Origin: Methanosphaera stadtmanae
GTDB taxonomy: Archaea; Methanobacteriota; Methanobacteria; Methanobacteriales; Methanobacteriaceae
Reading direction: 5' to 3'
DNA length: 64,000 nt
NCBI GenBank assembly: GCA_015062825.1
Contig: SUTR01000003.1
Coordinates: forward strand, 22,716-86,715
Every line of letters starts with the position of its first letter. The first letter of the stretch is position 1. The position numbers and the translations under genes were made by a program. Positions 1 through 10,748 of this stretch are shown here, one piece after another. The notes beneath the pieces were generated by a model that saw only the letters and a list, made by a program, of their open reading frames with translations, did not search any database and had not been told where the DNA came from.

Positions 1-378
1 TTGTCTTATTGTATCAAATAGGTATTCTATATGTTTTTCATAATCTTCTGCTTGTCTTTTAAAGTCTTCTTCATTGTATTTCTTGGAGGGTCTGAAGTCG
101 TCTATCAGTATGTTGAATCGTCCACTGTTTTCTGGAAATTCCCTGACATTTCCTATTATATTATATATTCTGTTTACTTCGATTTTTTCATAATGTTTTT
201 TTGTATTGTTGCTGAACATTTTTGCATCGATTTGTCCTGTCTTATCTTGTAGTGTCAGGTTTAGGTATGGTTTGTTTTGTTTTGTCTTTCTGATTTTTTT
301 GGATACTACTGCAAATTGTGATATAATATTTTTTGCATATGTTAAGTTTTTAATATAATCCTCTTCTTTTTTTGCCAT
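1..378 (-). CDS. YhaM/Cbf1-family 3'-5' exoribonuclease, N-terminal OB-fold part (runs off window start; not in ORF track)
   Basis: Hand translation from ATG at 378 is open to position 1: MAKKEEDYIKNL...KIRKTKQNKPYLNLTLQDKTGQIDAKMF..., the typical YhaM OB-fold motif. The HD domain would lie outside the window. Confidence 0.7.
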   Translation of the reverse strand, partial: MAKKEEDYIKNLTYAKNIISQFAVVSKKIRKTKQNKPYLNLTLQDKTGQIDAKMFSNNTKKHYEKIEVNRIYNIIGNVREFPENSGRFNILIDDFRPSKKYNEEDFKRQAEDYEKHIEYLFDTIRQ

Positions 379-444
379 TGTCTTTTTCCCAATTATTCTA
401 TGATACTCTTTTTATATTCATTGATTATTATAGATTTTTTCTAT

Positions 445-1305
445 TCATAATGTTGGCTTTAGTCTTCGTATAAATAGCATCATTGTCATGACAATCAATG
501 GGAAGAATATTAAATATAATACAAGTAGTAATTCACCCTGTATTATTGGTCCTATTACAGTGGTTGCTGCTATAATCATTATAAATAGTATTACTGGTAT
601 CAGTACTGCTATAAACATGTACAACAGCATTATTGCATTTAGTTTTTCTGAATATTCCTTGTATCTTATTTTCATCTCATGCATATATTCGTTTGATAAT
701 AAGTTCAAGGTTTTTGCTAGGTTTCCTCCATTGTTTAATGTTCGGATTATTTGATTTACTGTTTTTTTCATTATTTTCTTATTGTTTCTTTTGGCCAGTG
801 ATTCAAATGCTTCCTCATAGTTTTTTCCATAATGTATTTCTTCCAGTGTTATGTTAAATTCCTTGGATAGTTGGCCATAATCTCCATGTGCTATTGTCTT
901 GATTGCATCAAATAATCCTATTCCTGCCTTCAGTTCTATTGATATTTGTCTAAGTCCATAGGGCAATTGGCTTATCACATTCTTTTGTCTGTTTTCCTCT
1001 TTTATTTTGGGGTATGTTTTGTAGAATATGATTGTTATTATTATGATAAATAGTATTTCAAGCAGTATTATGTTTTTAAAGATTACTGCTATTATCATTA
1101 ATGATATTATGGATATTATGATATTGTTGTTTATTTTTTTCGGATTTTCTTTCTTGTTTGTATTCAGTATTTTGTCTATTGTTTCTTTGTTTATTTTATT
1201 GTTTTCATATTTTTCTTCATCATCATTTCGATTAATTCTATCAATTGGTGATGTGTATAATTTTATAGTTAGACTTCCTATTTTAGTGATTAATTCTCTT
1301 ATCAT
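445..1305 (-). CDS. Type II secretion F / TadC-like pilus platform membrane protein
   Basis: QLPYGLRQISIELKAGIGLFDAI...GNLAKTLNLLS GspF-type motif, several TM segments, directly downstream of a secretion ATPase. Confidence 0.85.
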   Translation of the reverse strand: MIRELITKIGSLTIKLYTSPIDRINRNDDEEKYENNKINKETIDKILNTNKKENPKKINNNIIISIISLMIIAVIFKNIILLEILFIIIITIIFYKTYPKIKEENRQKNVISQLPYGLRQISIELKAGIGLFDAIKTIAHGDYGQLSKEFNITLEEIHYGKNYEEAFESLAKRNNKKIMKKTVNQIIRTLNNGGNLAKTLNLLSNEYMHEMKIRYKEYSEKLNAIMLLYMFIAVLIPVILFIMIIAATTVIGPIIQGELLLVLYLIFFPLIVMTMMLFIRRLKPTL

Positions 1306-1335
1306 AGTATTTAATCATACCTCTTATTAATTATT

Positions 1336-2682
1336 TTAATTGTAATAATATTGATTAATAATAAATTGCACATCATCTATATTTCGCACTTCTTTTTTTA
1401 TATTTTCTTCAAGGTATTCCTGTCGTCTAGTAAGCTCTTCCATAATCTGCCTATAAGACATGCCCTTCATATTGGCTATTGTGTTTAACTTATTACATGA
1501 AATAGCAGTAAATTCTATTTTATCAGATACGGGATTGTACGTGTATATCTTATTCAACTGCAAATTTTCACTTTCCATTCCAGTTATTTCTGCAACCTCC
1601 GTAATTCTTCGTATAACACCTTTTTTGTTGTTAAAAACTCTTTTTTGCATTAATATGAAATCTATTGAATTTATCATCATGATTGGAACATTCATTGGGG
1701 GATTATTTAAGCGTGTAATGGTTTCATGGGTGGAATTTGAATGCAGAGTTCCCATACCACTATGACCTGTATTTAATGCTCCAAATAATGTTATGGCCTC
1801 TTTTGACCTTACTTCTCCTACTATTATCTTGTCTGGCCTTTGTCTTAAGGAATTTTTAAGAAGCATATCCATATCGATTTCACCCTTATCTTCAATATTG
1901 GATGGTCTTGTCTCGGTTCTAATGATATGCTTATGGGGTATTTGAAGCTCCAAAGTATCCTCTATGGTAATTATTCTTTCATATGGTGGTATGAATGAAG
2001 TTAATGTGTTTAAGGTAGTTGTCTTACCTGAACTTGTAGATCCTGCTATTATAATATTTGATGATGTAACATTCAATCCCTCTATTACAATCCATAAAAA
2101 AGCTGCCAGGTGTGTGGACATGGTGTTAGATTTTATCAAATCAAATATAGTTAAGGGATCCTTTTTAAATTTTCTTATTGTTACTGTTGGGCCGTCTGGT
2201 GTAAGTGGGGGTATTGTTGCATTTATACGACTGCCGTCATTTAGTCTTGCATCCAACAGTGGTGTTTGCTTATCTATTTTTCTCTGGACTTGATTTGATA
2301 TTTTTTCAATAATCTGTCTTATTTCAATATCCGTCATGAGAATATCTGTAATCATCATTCCCTCACTTCTATGATATACATAGACTGGCTTGTCTGGTCC
2401 TATTATCATTATTTCCTCTAGATTGTCATCATTCAATAGGTTGTTTATTTTTCCATAGCCTTCACTGTCCAGTTGAAGCTTGTTTATTATATTGTCCGTG
2501 TTAACATTTTCAATATTTTTGAGCTGGTTTATTATTTCATCAGTTATGTTGATATTGTCTGTCTGTACCTTTAGTTTTATTATTTTCTCCTTGATATTTT
2601 CATATTCTCTGTTTTCTTCGTTGTTCAATGTTAGTATTGTTTTGCTTTCGTATTTTTTGATGTTTGAATTTTGTTCTTTCAT
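1336..2682 (-). CDS. CpaF/TadA (VirB11-like) secretion/pilus assembly ATPase
   Basis: Walker A GSTSSGKTT, TIEDTLEL Asp box, LRQRPDKIIVGEVR Walker B, TGHSGMGTLHS His box. Confidence 0.92.
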   Translation of the reverse strand: MKEQNSNIKKYESKTILTLNNEENREYENIKEKIIKLKVQTDNINITDEIINQLKNIENVNTDNIINKLQLDSEGYGKINNLLNDDNLEEIMIIGPDKPVYVYHRSEGMMITDILMTDIEIRQIIEKISNQVQRKIDKQTPLLDARLNDGSRINATIPPLTPDGPTVTIRKFKKDPLTIFDLIKSNTMSTHLAAFLWIVIEGLNVTSSNIIIAGSTSSGKTTTLNTLTSFIPPYERIITIEDTLELQIPHKHIIRTETRPSNIEDKGEIDMDMLLKNSLRQRPDKIIVGEVRSKEAITLFGALNTGHSGMGTLHSNSTHETITRLNNPPMNVPIMMINSIDFILMQKRVFNNKKGVIRRITEVAEITGMESENLQLNKIYTYNPVSDKIEFTAISCNKLNTIANMKGMSYRQIMEELTRRQEYLEENIKKEVRNIDDVQFIINQYYYN

Positions 2683-2774
2683 AATTGTTTACTACTAATA
2701 ATTATTACTAATCTTCTATATTAGTATTACTATTTTTTGGATAAATAATATAGAATAAAAATCAATATATTATT

Positions 2775-3713
2775 ATGAAATGTAACTGTACTGATAATTG
2801 TATTAAAACAAAGGATGAAATACTAGAAAACATAGAAACAAGGTATCTGCCTTGTCCAGAATGCACAACAAAAACTTTAAAAAAAGCAATACCACTACAA
2901 AGACAAGTAAAACTAGACAAAATAGATAAAAACTATAACTTATGTCCAAAATGTAACAAAAGACATATTGATTATGTGATGGCACACATTTTAAAGATTT
3001 TAATAGACAACAATCAGCAAAATGCATCCTCTTCAATAAGAAAAGTAGGAACACCATTAATAACACCTGCAATATACCTTGAAAGATTGCCCTATCTGTC
3101 TGATGAATCATTGGTCATAATCATAGGGGACATTGATGAAAAAACAGCCCAGATTATAAAAGATGAAGTGCCTGAAGTAAAGGCAGTAATTAAAGGGGAT
3201 GTTAACCAAACCATTGGACAATTAACTGAAAAAGATGATATGCATAACTATCAGCTAATGGCTGGATGTGACATTCGCTGTGACATACAACAAACACCAA
3301 CAGGACTCTTAACCCTATATAAACAACAAAGCACCATACACATAGAATATCCAAAGCCCAAATCACCAAAGATTGAAGACTTGGATTATATACTTGACAA
3401 ATATGAAAATCCAACAGTAATCGATGCAATGTGTGGAGTAGGAACACTGGGTATTTATGCACTAACAAAAAATGCAAAAAAGGTAGTATTCAATGATATA
3501 AACCAGAACGCCATAGACAACTTAAAGACAAACCTTCAACTAAACGATATTAATGAGAATTCATATGAAATCTATAATGAAAACATATTGGATCTAATTG
3601 AGATGCTGGATGAAACATATGATATAGTGATTCTAGATGCATTTCCTAATGTTGATACAACAGAATATGAAGAAAAACTAAAAAAAATAGCAAAGGAATT
3701 GATTCTTATTTAA
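2775..3713 (+). CDS. Class I SAM-dependent methyltransferase with N-terminal Cys-rich/Zn-ribbon region
   Basis: CPEC...CPKC pairs; C-terminal VIDAMCGVGTLG motif I, VVFNDIN, ILDAFP. Confidence 0.75.
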   Translation: MKCNCTDNCIKTKDEILENIETRYLPCPECTTKTLKKAIPLQRQVKLDKIDKNYNLCPKCNKRHIDYVMAHILKILIDNNQQNASSSIRKVGTPLITPAIYLERLPYLSDESLVIIIGDIDEKTAQIIKDEVPEVKAVIKGDVNQTIGQLTEKDDMHNYQLMAGCDIRCDIQQTPTGLLTLYKQQSTIHIEYPKPKSPKIEDLDYILDKYENPTVIDAMCGVGTLGIYALTKNAKKVVFNDINQNAIDNLKTNLQLNDINENSYEIYNENILDLIEMLDETYDIVILDAFPNVDTTEYEEKLKKIAKELILI

Positions 3714-4955
3714 TCACAACAATCCTAAATAAGTAATGATTGCGGGTACAATTAAAATACCCATCAAGTTACTTTTACTGATATTTAATACGTTAGGAAG
3801 AATTCCCAGACTTATGCTTGTTATAAAACAGAGTATTACATACCACAGACATCCTCCACTATATATACAATAAATCATAACTACCAACGTGATAAGTATA
3901 ACAAGCAAAATGCTTGTATTTCTATAATTTATCCTATTTATTCTCTTTATAACATAATCTCCTATCTTTATGGATAATATACATGCAATTGATGCTGTAA
4001 CTAAGCTGATGAATATGAAGAATATTACATGAGCTAATGTCACATCATTTAACAAGTTGCTTACATATACGCTAATGGCACTTCTCGGATTGTTTATTAA
4101 GTAAATTGCGATTAATGAAAAGAGCGTATCTGATACATTCACTCCACTATTTGTTACAATAAAATCTTCAGGAGTGATATTTTTATTAAATGTCAAAGTC
4201 TGTGCAATAATAGTTCCCTGTGCAGGTCCAAGTCCCGGCAATAATCCAAGGATACAACCGGATATGCTCCCGGCAAAAGTCGATTTCTTAAAGTTTTTGT
4301 CAATTACAATATTCTCATTAGATTCCTGTGGTGGAATTACTGATTTTTCATTGATTGAATATAATAAACTGCTAATGCTAAACAATCCAGACAATAATGT
4401 TAAAAGGGCAAGATTACCTCCAAGATTGCTATTTAATACAATAAGTCCCAATATTCCAGATACAATAAATATCAAGCTACTATATAATCGTTTAATATTG
4501 CTCTTATTTGTATAATAAAGCATTATAATCATGGTTGTAACCAGCAGAATTCCAATGTAATTCTTTAGTAAACTATATGCTATTGGCAGAATTATAAATA
4601 ACAATGGCATCAGAACTATTAAAATTATAATGGAAAAATAACCTCCAAAACTCACTAATCTTATTGCTTTGTTTGCTTGTCCCTTAAAGAGCAATCTGTG
4701 TCCTGGTTGTATGCTTGTAAGAGTATCTTCTGTTGCAACACCAAATAATAATGATGGTATGAATTCTATCATTGAATGACATATTGCAATAGTCACAAAA
4801 AAGCTGCATAAGCTTATAACACTTGTATATTGGGTTATTTTATCTGATAATGAGAATATGATTATTCCTACAGTATTTACATGAAGTCCGGGTATTAATC
4901 CAGTGATTATCCCAGTTATAATTCCTAATATAATACTAATATAAATTTCTATCAT
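3714..4955 (-). CDS. TctA-like (tripartite tricarboxylate transporter permease family) membrane protein
   Basis: Very hydrophobic; duplicated GLIPGLH / GLLPGLG motifs and PGHRLL typical of the family. Confidence 0.75.
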   Translation of the reverse strand: MIEIYISIILGIITGIITGLIPGLHVNTVGIIIFSLSDKITQYTSVISLCSFFVTIAICHSMIEFIPSLLFGVATEDTLTSIQPGHRLLFKGQANKAIRLVSFGGYFSIIILIVLMPLLFIILPIAYSLLKNYIGILLVTTMIIMLYYTNKSNIKRLYSSLIFIVSGILGLIVLNSNLGGNLALLTLLSGLFSISSLLYSINEKSVIPPQESNENIVIDKNFKKSTFAGSISGCILGLLPGLGPAQGTIIAQTLTFNKNITPEDFIVTNSGVNVSDTLFSLIAIYLINNPRSAISVYVSNLLNDVTLAHVIFFIFISLVTASIACILSIKIGDYVIKRINRINYRNTSILLVILITLVVMIYCIYSGGCLWYVILCFITSISLGILPNVLNISKSNLMGILIVPAIITYLGLL

Positions 4956-5154
4956 AACAATATTATTACTATTTATAAAATAAGTATTACTTATATCTTG
5001 TTAAAATTAACAAAAAAATATATGCTAAAAAAATTTAATTAAGCTTTTGGATAAAAGAACTGTTAACTATGATATGATTTCCAAAAAAAAGGGAGCTTAC
5101 TAAATGGTATATCTTTTAAAAAAAAGTTTTGATGTGTAAATTAATATAAATAAT

Positions 5155-5421
5155 TTACATTAATCTTCTAACATCTGTTACTTCTACACTAGCTACTTCA
5201 TCAAGAGCAGCAATTGCTTCTTCAGCAGGTTCAGTTCCACCTTCACCATCGTCTACTACGATAGTAACAATTAGTGCAACTAATCCAAATCCGATTGGTT
5301 CTTCAACTACTCTTTCAAATACTTCGTCGCCTACTGCAGTTTTAATTTTTTCAGTTAATGCATTTAAATCTACATCAGGGCTTTCTGGCATAACTTTTAA
5401 AGTTCCTGCTACATCAGACAT
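5155..5421 (-). CDS. ef1b: Translation elongation factor aEF-1beta
   Basis: MSDVAGTLKVMPESPDVDL...EEPIGFGLVAL; start moved to ATG 5421 behind an AGGTGA RBS. Confidence 0.95.
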   Translation of the reverse strand: MSDVAGTLKVMPESPDVDLNALTEKIKTAVGDEVFERVVEEPIGFGLVALIVTIVVDDGEGGTEPAEEAIAALDEVASVEVTDVRRLM

Positions 5422-5463
5422 TATTATCACCTATATTGTTTTTTTTATTTTATTCAATTAAAT

Positions 5464-5628
5464 CTATGGTCCTTTAAATCCACATTCGCATGTATATTCA
5501 TGTCCAAAGGTTCTGCATTTAGGACATCTGTATATGTCTGCATCACATTCAGGACAGTGGAATTTAACATATTCATCGATTGGTGAAATTTCTTGTTTAC
5601 AAGAAGTACAAATCATTTTGTCTGCCAT
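5464..5628 (-). CDS. Small Zn-ribbon protein (54 aa; COG2888/DUF1610-type), not in ORF track
   Basis: Hand translation [54 protein letters not shown]; GAGGT RBS; usual position upstream of ef1b. Confidence 0.9.
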   Translation of the reverse strand: MADKMICTSCKQEISPIDEYVKFHCPECDADIYRCPKCRTFGHEYTCECGFKGP

Positions 5629-5633
5629 GAATT

Positions 5634-6290
5634 TTACCTCCTAATATGTGTATAATTCTCATTAAATCTATGATCACCGTTTAAATGATGGAGTACCCTA
5701 TCAGGAAACTTACCATTCATTACAAAACAGTCTAAATTATATTTAATTAATAATTTTGGTAAACATTTATCTACACAAGTTTCTTCAAAAATTAATAGTT
5801 CCTTTGCACTTATACTTTTAATAAGTTTTTTGTCATTTGAGAAAATGTTACCCTTATATATACCTTCTACATTTGTTAATATTAATAGTTTGGCATTTAT
5901 CTTATGTGCTATCCAACAGGCAATAGAATCAGAAGTAATGTCCCATGAATGTATAAGTGGATCATATCTCTTAAAAATATCATAACATAATAATAATGGT
6001 ATATTTCCATGATTATGAATATCTTCAATCGAATTAATATCATTTGTGGCTTCTATCTTATCATTTTTATCCGCTATTAACTCTCCAATAATATCCATGC
6101 ATCTAATGGCATTCCAATGATTTGCTTGCTTTGAATAATCGTAATCCCTATGATATGTTCTCAAAAGATTTGCAAATTCTCCTCCACCATTTACAAGAAC
6201 TATTTTTTCATTGCTTTGTGATAGTTTTTCACATAATTCGAGGGTATATTCTGGAAAAAGGCTGCCTCCAATTTTTACAACAGTAACCAT
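5634..6290 (-). CDS. Amino-acid-kinase-superfamily protein, probable MfnE (methanofuran biosynthesis kinase)
   Basis: [36 protein letters not shown]; subfamily assignment is from memory. Confidence 0.7.
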   Translation of the reverse strand: MVTVVKIGGSLFPEYTLELCEKLSQSNEKIVLVNGGGEFANLLRTYHRDYDYSKQANHWNAIRCMDIIGELIADKNDKIEATNDINSIEDIHNHGNIPLLLCYDIFKRYDPLIHSWDITSDSIACWIAHKINAKLLILTNVEGIYKGNIFSNDKKLIKSISAKELLIFEETCVDKCLPKLLIKYNLDCFVMNGKFPDRVLHHLNGDHRFNENYTHIRR

Positions 6291-6303
6291 TCAAAGTCCC
6301 TTC

Positions 6304-6642
6304 TTACAATAATTTGAGATGACCTGTAAGTTCATCAAGCACATCATCATCTGCAGGTCCGATTCCCAAACATGTTTTTGTATTGGGATCAATTTGGGTA
6401 TGTCCTGCATCAGTAATTAATGCACATGCAATCCGTGTAGGCTTAATCTTCCAATATAATTCAAGAAGTTCCTCTTCTGATTTAACCTTAAGAACAACTT
6501 TCTTCTGATTTTCACGTTCCCATTTTCTGATGTCCATCTTGCTGGAATTCTTATATGCACCTAGACTTGCATGACATGCCTGTGCTGCAATCTTTCCCTT
6601 ACCCATCTTCAAATCTGTTCTCATAACTATAACTTGCTTCAT
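6304..6642 (-). CDS. pth2: Peptidyl-tRNA hydrolase Pth2
   Basis: KQVIVMRTDLKMGKGKIAAQACHAS, QKKVVLKV, DAGHTQI, GIGP. Confidence 0.95.
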   Translation of the reverse strand: MKQVIVMRTDLKMGKGKIAAQACHASLGAYKNSSKMDIRKWERENQKKVVLKVKSEEELLELYWKIKPTRIACALITDAGHTQIDPNTKTCLGIGPADDDVLDELTGHLKLL

Positions 6643-6652
6643 AAGCATCACC

Positions 6653-7837
6653 TTATAAGTAATCTGGCTTTAATCTACTTCCAACACGTGACGTGTCTAC
6701 ACTGAATAATTCTAAACCTGGAATAATAACTCTTACAACAGGAATTCCTATATCTCTGGTTAAATCCACATAATATGCATCTTCAACTCCGGACTTTTCA
6801 AGCAATTTCATACTTATATCAATATCATCCTTAAATGAATCAGTAGATTTATCTTCAATATCTTCAAGATTAATAACTTCTTCAGACTCTCTAAACCAAT
6901 GCTTATTTAAACGTTTCATACGTTCATATCCAGTTTCACGAAGAAGTGTTGCACGAACAGTATCTTCACGAGTTCCATGAATCTGTGTGGCTCTGCTTTG
7001 AGCTACTTCTGTGATTGCACGAATAGCAGCTATATCTGCATCAAGATGAGTACCAATACCTAATGTTAACAATGCAGGATCTTTAAGTGTTAAGTCTTCA
7101 GATACGGCGGCAATTGTTGGGATTTCATTTTCAACAGTCAAATCCAATAATCTTATTGATACATTGTTTTGTTCAAACTTTTGAAGTAAATCCCTAATAT
7201 ATTCATTTTCTGTATTGTCACAGTTTATCTCTGCCTTTTGTTCTTTATATGCTTCAAAGAAACTCCATGCATCTCTTTCTACAACTTCCATCATTGCATG
7301 AAATATTGCTTCTTCAAGTTCATTTCCAGATGCAAGTCCATTTGTATTGGAAAGGTGTATGTGATGTACATCTTCAGTATTATATGGATGATAAACTGCA
7401 TTTGCAGGAATTAATATTTCCTTTCCTGTCTTGATTGAATATCCTTTAACCCATTCAAGTTCTTCATTATCAAAACTGTCTTTTGGCAATATTAAACTTT
7501 CAGGATCAAGACATGTATCTGGATTGTACTTTTGTATGATTGTCTCATCACTTTCCTGTTGTTCTGCAGAATACCTTTCAATGGCTTCCATGATGGATGA
7601 GACTTTTGCATGAACATCAGTAGGACCCTTTCCTGCATATACACTCACAGCACCTTCCTCAGCCAGGGGCCTTACAGATGTATATACTGGTATCTTCAAT
7701 CTATCAAGATGTGTAATCTTGGAAGTTCGGGTAAGTCCAATGTCCATTGTAATCTTGGAGATCTTCTCCAACGTCTCTTCAGGACTTCTTACTCTATGTG
7801 TTGATTTTTTATAATTTACTGCTACTTCATTTAACAT
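6653..7837 (-). CDS. ycaO: YcaO-family ATP-dependent protein (McrA glycine thioamidation type)
   Basis: THRV, GKG...SSIMEAIERYS, NTNGLASGN, EVVERD, AIRAITEVAQSR, PVVRVIIPGLE. Confidence 0.88.
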   Translation of the reverse strand: MLNEVAVNYKKSTHRVRSPEETLEKISKITMDIGLTRTSKITHLDRLKIPVYTSVRPLAEEGAVSVYAGKGPTDVHAKVSSIMEAIERYSAEQQESDETIIQKYNPDTCLDPESLILPKDSFDNEELEWVKGYSIKTGKEILIPANAVYHPYNTEDVHHIHLSNTNGLASGNELEEAIFHAMMEVVERDAWSFFEAYKEQKAEINCDNTENEYIRDLLQKFEQNNVSIRLLDLTVENEIPTIAAVSEDLTLKDPALLTLGIGTHLDADIAAIRAITEVAQSRATQIHGTREDTVRATLLRETGYERMKRLNKHWFRESEEVINLEDIEDKSTDSFKDDIDISMKLLEKSGVEDAYYVDLTRDIGIPVVRVIIPGLELFSVDTSRVGSRLKPDYL

Positions 7838-7957
7838 ATAAATCAATGTAAAAAATGTATTCAATTTTAAAAATAAATGAGTTAATAAGTATATCTATTT
7901 TTACTTATTGTTAAAATCTTTCAAAATAAATCGTCTAAAAAAATGAATGAAGGGGAT

Positions 7958-8596
7958 TTATAATAACAACATATTGGTATATGATATATAAGTCAATGCT
8001 CCACTTGCTGCAATAGTTATTATCCAAATTATAAAGTTCCATCCTATAACTTTTGAACCGTCTAATGGTGGAATAGGAAGTAGGTTGAACAATGCAAGAT
8101 AACTGTTGACATTAAATCCTATTATTGCGATTAAATAAAGGTATATCATAGTACTCATATTTACATTAGTGATTAAAGGGCGTATTGTTATTACTAGTCC
8201 TATAAATAATAGGGCAAGGGCTATGTTTACCAATGGTCCTGCTATTGAGATTTTACCATTTTCTTCCTCGCTCATACGTCCTGTTGGTGATCCAATCATT
8301 ACAGCTCCTGGTGCAATGAATATATATCCTAACAGTGCTGTGACAAATGCTAAAATCAGTCCCTTGTCTGAACGTCTAAATTCTGCAAAAAATCCATATT
8401 TCTGTGCAACAAATTTATGTCCCAATTCATGCAGTATAAAACTTAAACCAACGGTTACCAGGGCTATTGGTATAAGCATTATTATGCCATTTACACCATT
8501 TTTCATTGATCTGCTGAACATTAATGAATATATTAAAGTTATAACAATGATTGCTATTGTTAAATCTTTGATTTCTGTTTTTGAAAATGTAACCAT
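7958..8596 (-). CDS. Site-2 protease (M50) membrane metalloprotease
   Basis: HELGH zinc motif, ISIAGP, FNLLPIPPLDG. Confidence 0.92.
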   Translation of the reverse strand: MVTFSKTEIKDLTIAIIVITLIYSLMFSRSMKNGVNGIIMLIPIALVTVGLSFILHELGHKFVAQKYGFFAEFRRSDKGLILAFVTALLGYIFIAPGAVMIGSPTGRMSEEENGKISIAGPLVNIALALLFIGLVITIRPLITNVNMSTMIYLYLIAIIGFNVNSYLALFNLLPIPPLDGSKVIGWNFIIWIITIAASGALTYISYTNMLLL

Positions 8597-8711
8597 ATTA
8601 TCATTTCCTATCTTTATCAATATAACTATTTAATTAAACATATTTAAATGTTAATACAAAAAGTTATTAAATAGAAAAAAATTAATCTTCTCAAATAGGA
8701 GGAATGTCAAG

Positions 8712-9713
8712 ATGAAAAATGAAGAATTAATCTCAAGATTACATGATGATAATATTGATTCAATGTTTGTATATAAGCCTGAAAATATAAAATACATATC
8801 TGATTTTTATCCTACAAGCTTTGCATATTTAATAGTACAGGATGAACCAATATTATATGTCAACAGTATTGATAAGGAAGATGCACAGGAATTATCCCAA
8901 GTAGAAACAAGAGATATAGTTAAGTTAAGTGAGGTTAAAGATGAATTGTCCGGCAGCATTGCAGTGGAAAATTCTCTTGATTTCCAGTTTACAAAGTTTT
9001 TAACAGATGATTTGAACAACATTCAAACATCAACAGTACTGGAGGATTTACGTAAGACAAAGACCAAGGATGAAATAACCAAGATAAAAAATTCCATAGG
9101 AATAGCAGAAAATGCCATTGGTGAAATAGACTTTACCAGTACTGAAAAATATGCAGCTGCAACATTGGAGTTTGACATGACTATCAACGGTTCTATCAAA
9201 CCTGCATTTGATACAATTGTAGCATCAGGTAAACGTTCCAGTTCTCCTCATTCTGTTACATCAATGAACGGGGTGGAAACACCTATCGTAGTGGATTGGG
9301 GTGCAAAGTATGATCATTACTGTTCAGATATAACAAGAACATTTATAGATTCAGAACGTCAACAGGAAATATGGAATATAGTACTTGAAGCACAAAGAGC
9401 TGCAATAAACACTATTGCTCCGGGAGTTGAAATATCTGATGTTGATAAGGCGGCACGTGATGTAATAACGGAGTATGGTTATGGTGAATACTTCATTCAC
9501 AGTACAGGTCATGGATTTGGTCTTGACATTCATGAAGATCCTAATGTATCACAAAACAGTGAAGGTGTTCTCGAAGAGAATATGGTTATAACTGCAGAAC
9601 CTGGTATTTACATACCTGGGGAATTTGGTGTAAGGATAGAGGATGATATTCTTGTCAAGAGGAATCCTGAAGTACTGACAAGTCTTGATAAACAGTTAGA
9701 TTTTCTCCTTTAA
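8712..9713 (+). CDS. pepQ: Xaa-Pro aminopeptidase/prolidase (M24B)
   Basis: VVDWG..YCSDITRT, HSTGHGFGLDIHE, TAEPGIY, GVRIEDD metal ligands. Confidence 0.9.
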   Translation: MKNEELISRLHDDNIDSMFVYKPENIKYISDFYPTSFAYLIVQDEPILYVNSIDKEDAQELSQVETRDIVKLSEVKDELSGSIAVENSLDFQFTKFLTDDLNNIQTSTVLEDLRKTKTKDEITKIKNSIGIAENAIGEIDFTSTEKYAAATLEFDMTINGSIKPAFDTIVASGKRSSSPHSVTSMNGVETPIVVDWGAKYDHYCSDITRTFIDSERQQEIWNIVLEAQRAAINTIAPGVEISDVDKAARDVITEYGYGEYFIHSTGHGFGLDIHEDPNVSQNSEGVLEENMVITAEPGIYIPGEFGVRIEDDILVKRNPEVLTSLDKQLDFLL

Positions 9714-9794
9714 TCACCATCTTTTTCTTATTTTTTTAACAATTCTTAATAAAATATAAATATTATTATAAAAATATATTAAATTCAATATATT

Positions 9795-10739
9795 ATGTAC
9801 AATAATTTAATAGAATATTTAAATATAATAACAACAAAATCAGAAATAATTATAAACAAGCATATTCCTGAAGAATATCTTGATAAAATGCAGGATAACC
9901 TTATACAATTGGGATATTACATAAAAATAACAGACCTTATCACATATACAACAATAATGGCATTAATATTGCTGTTTATAACAACAATACTATTCATAAC
10001 AATTAATGTGAATCCGTTATCGGTTCCAATAATAACACTTGCACCATACGTTGTAGTAATATTATATATTGTGTACAAAATGCAAAAACGGGAGGATAAT
10101 ATTAATGAAGAGCTGCCTGAGTATATACTGCAGTTATCAGCATTGTTGAATGTAGGGCTGGCAATAGAATCAGCATTAAATGAACTATCAAAAACACAGG
10201 ATGGATATCTAAATAATGAAATAAAGCGATCATTAATAGAAATGAGTCTTGGAAAATCATTTGATGAATCCTTCACGGATCTGATTAACAGATGTCAGTC
10301 AAATAATGTAAAACAAGTATTTCAAATAATCATAAATACAAAACAAACAGGAGGAAATCTATCTGAAATACTTGAAGAAATTGCAATGGACTTAAAGGAT
10401 ATGCAGATGCTTCAAAAAGAATCACGGGCCAATATAATCATGTCAATAATGTTTCTATTAATTGCAGCAATAATAGCCACGCCATTTGCATTTGGAACCA
10501 TAAATATCTACACAATCTTTCTCTCAAATGTTGGACGAACAAATTCATTAATTGATTATATTCCTATGGCAAGTCTTGGTTATATAATCATTCATTCCAT
10601 AATGGTGAGCTTTCTAATAGGTGACTTATTATATTCAAATTCAAAAAAATCAGTTCTATTGATGTTCATTGTAATCCCATCCAGTCTAGGAGTATATTAC
10701 ATATCACAGATAGTAATACGAACAATACTTGCAATATAG
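9795..10739 (+). CDS. Second type II secretion F / TadB-TadC-like membrane protein
   Basis: ELPEYILQLSALLNVGLAIESAL...TGGNLSEILEEIA plus TM segments. Confidence 0.85.
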   Translation: MYNNLIEYLNIITTKSEIIINKHIPEEYLDKMQDNLIQLGYYIKITDLITYTTIMALILLFITTILFITINVNPLSVPIITLAPYVVVILYIVYKMQKREDNINEELPEYILQLSALLNVGLAIESALNELSKTQDGYLNNEIKRSLIEMSLGKSFDESFTDLINRCQSNNVKQVFQIIINTKQTGGNLSEILEEIAMDLKDMQMLQKESRANIIMSIMFLLIAAIIATPFAFGTINIYTIFLSNVGRTNSLIDYIPMASLGYIIIHSIMVSFLIGDLLYSNSKKSVLLMFIVIPSSLGVYYISQIVIRTILAI

Positions 10740-10748
10740 GTGAAAAAA

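Noticed and set aside
445-2682. Archaellum motor (ArlI/ArlJ)
   Set aside because: The platform protein is single-domain TadC-sized, and no archaellin or arlCDEFGH genes are nearby
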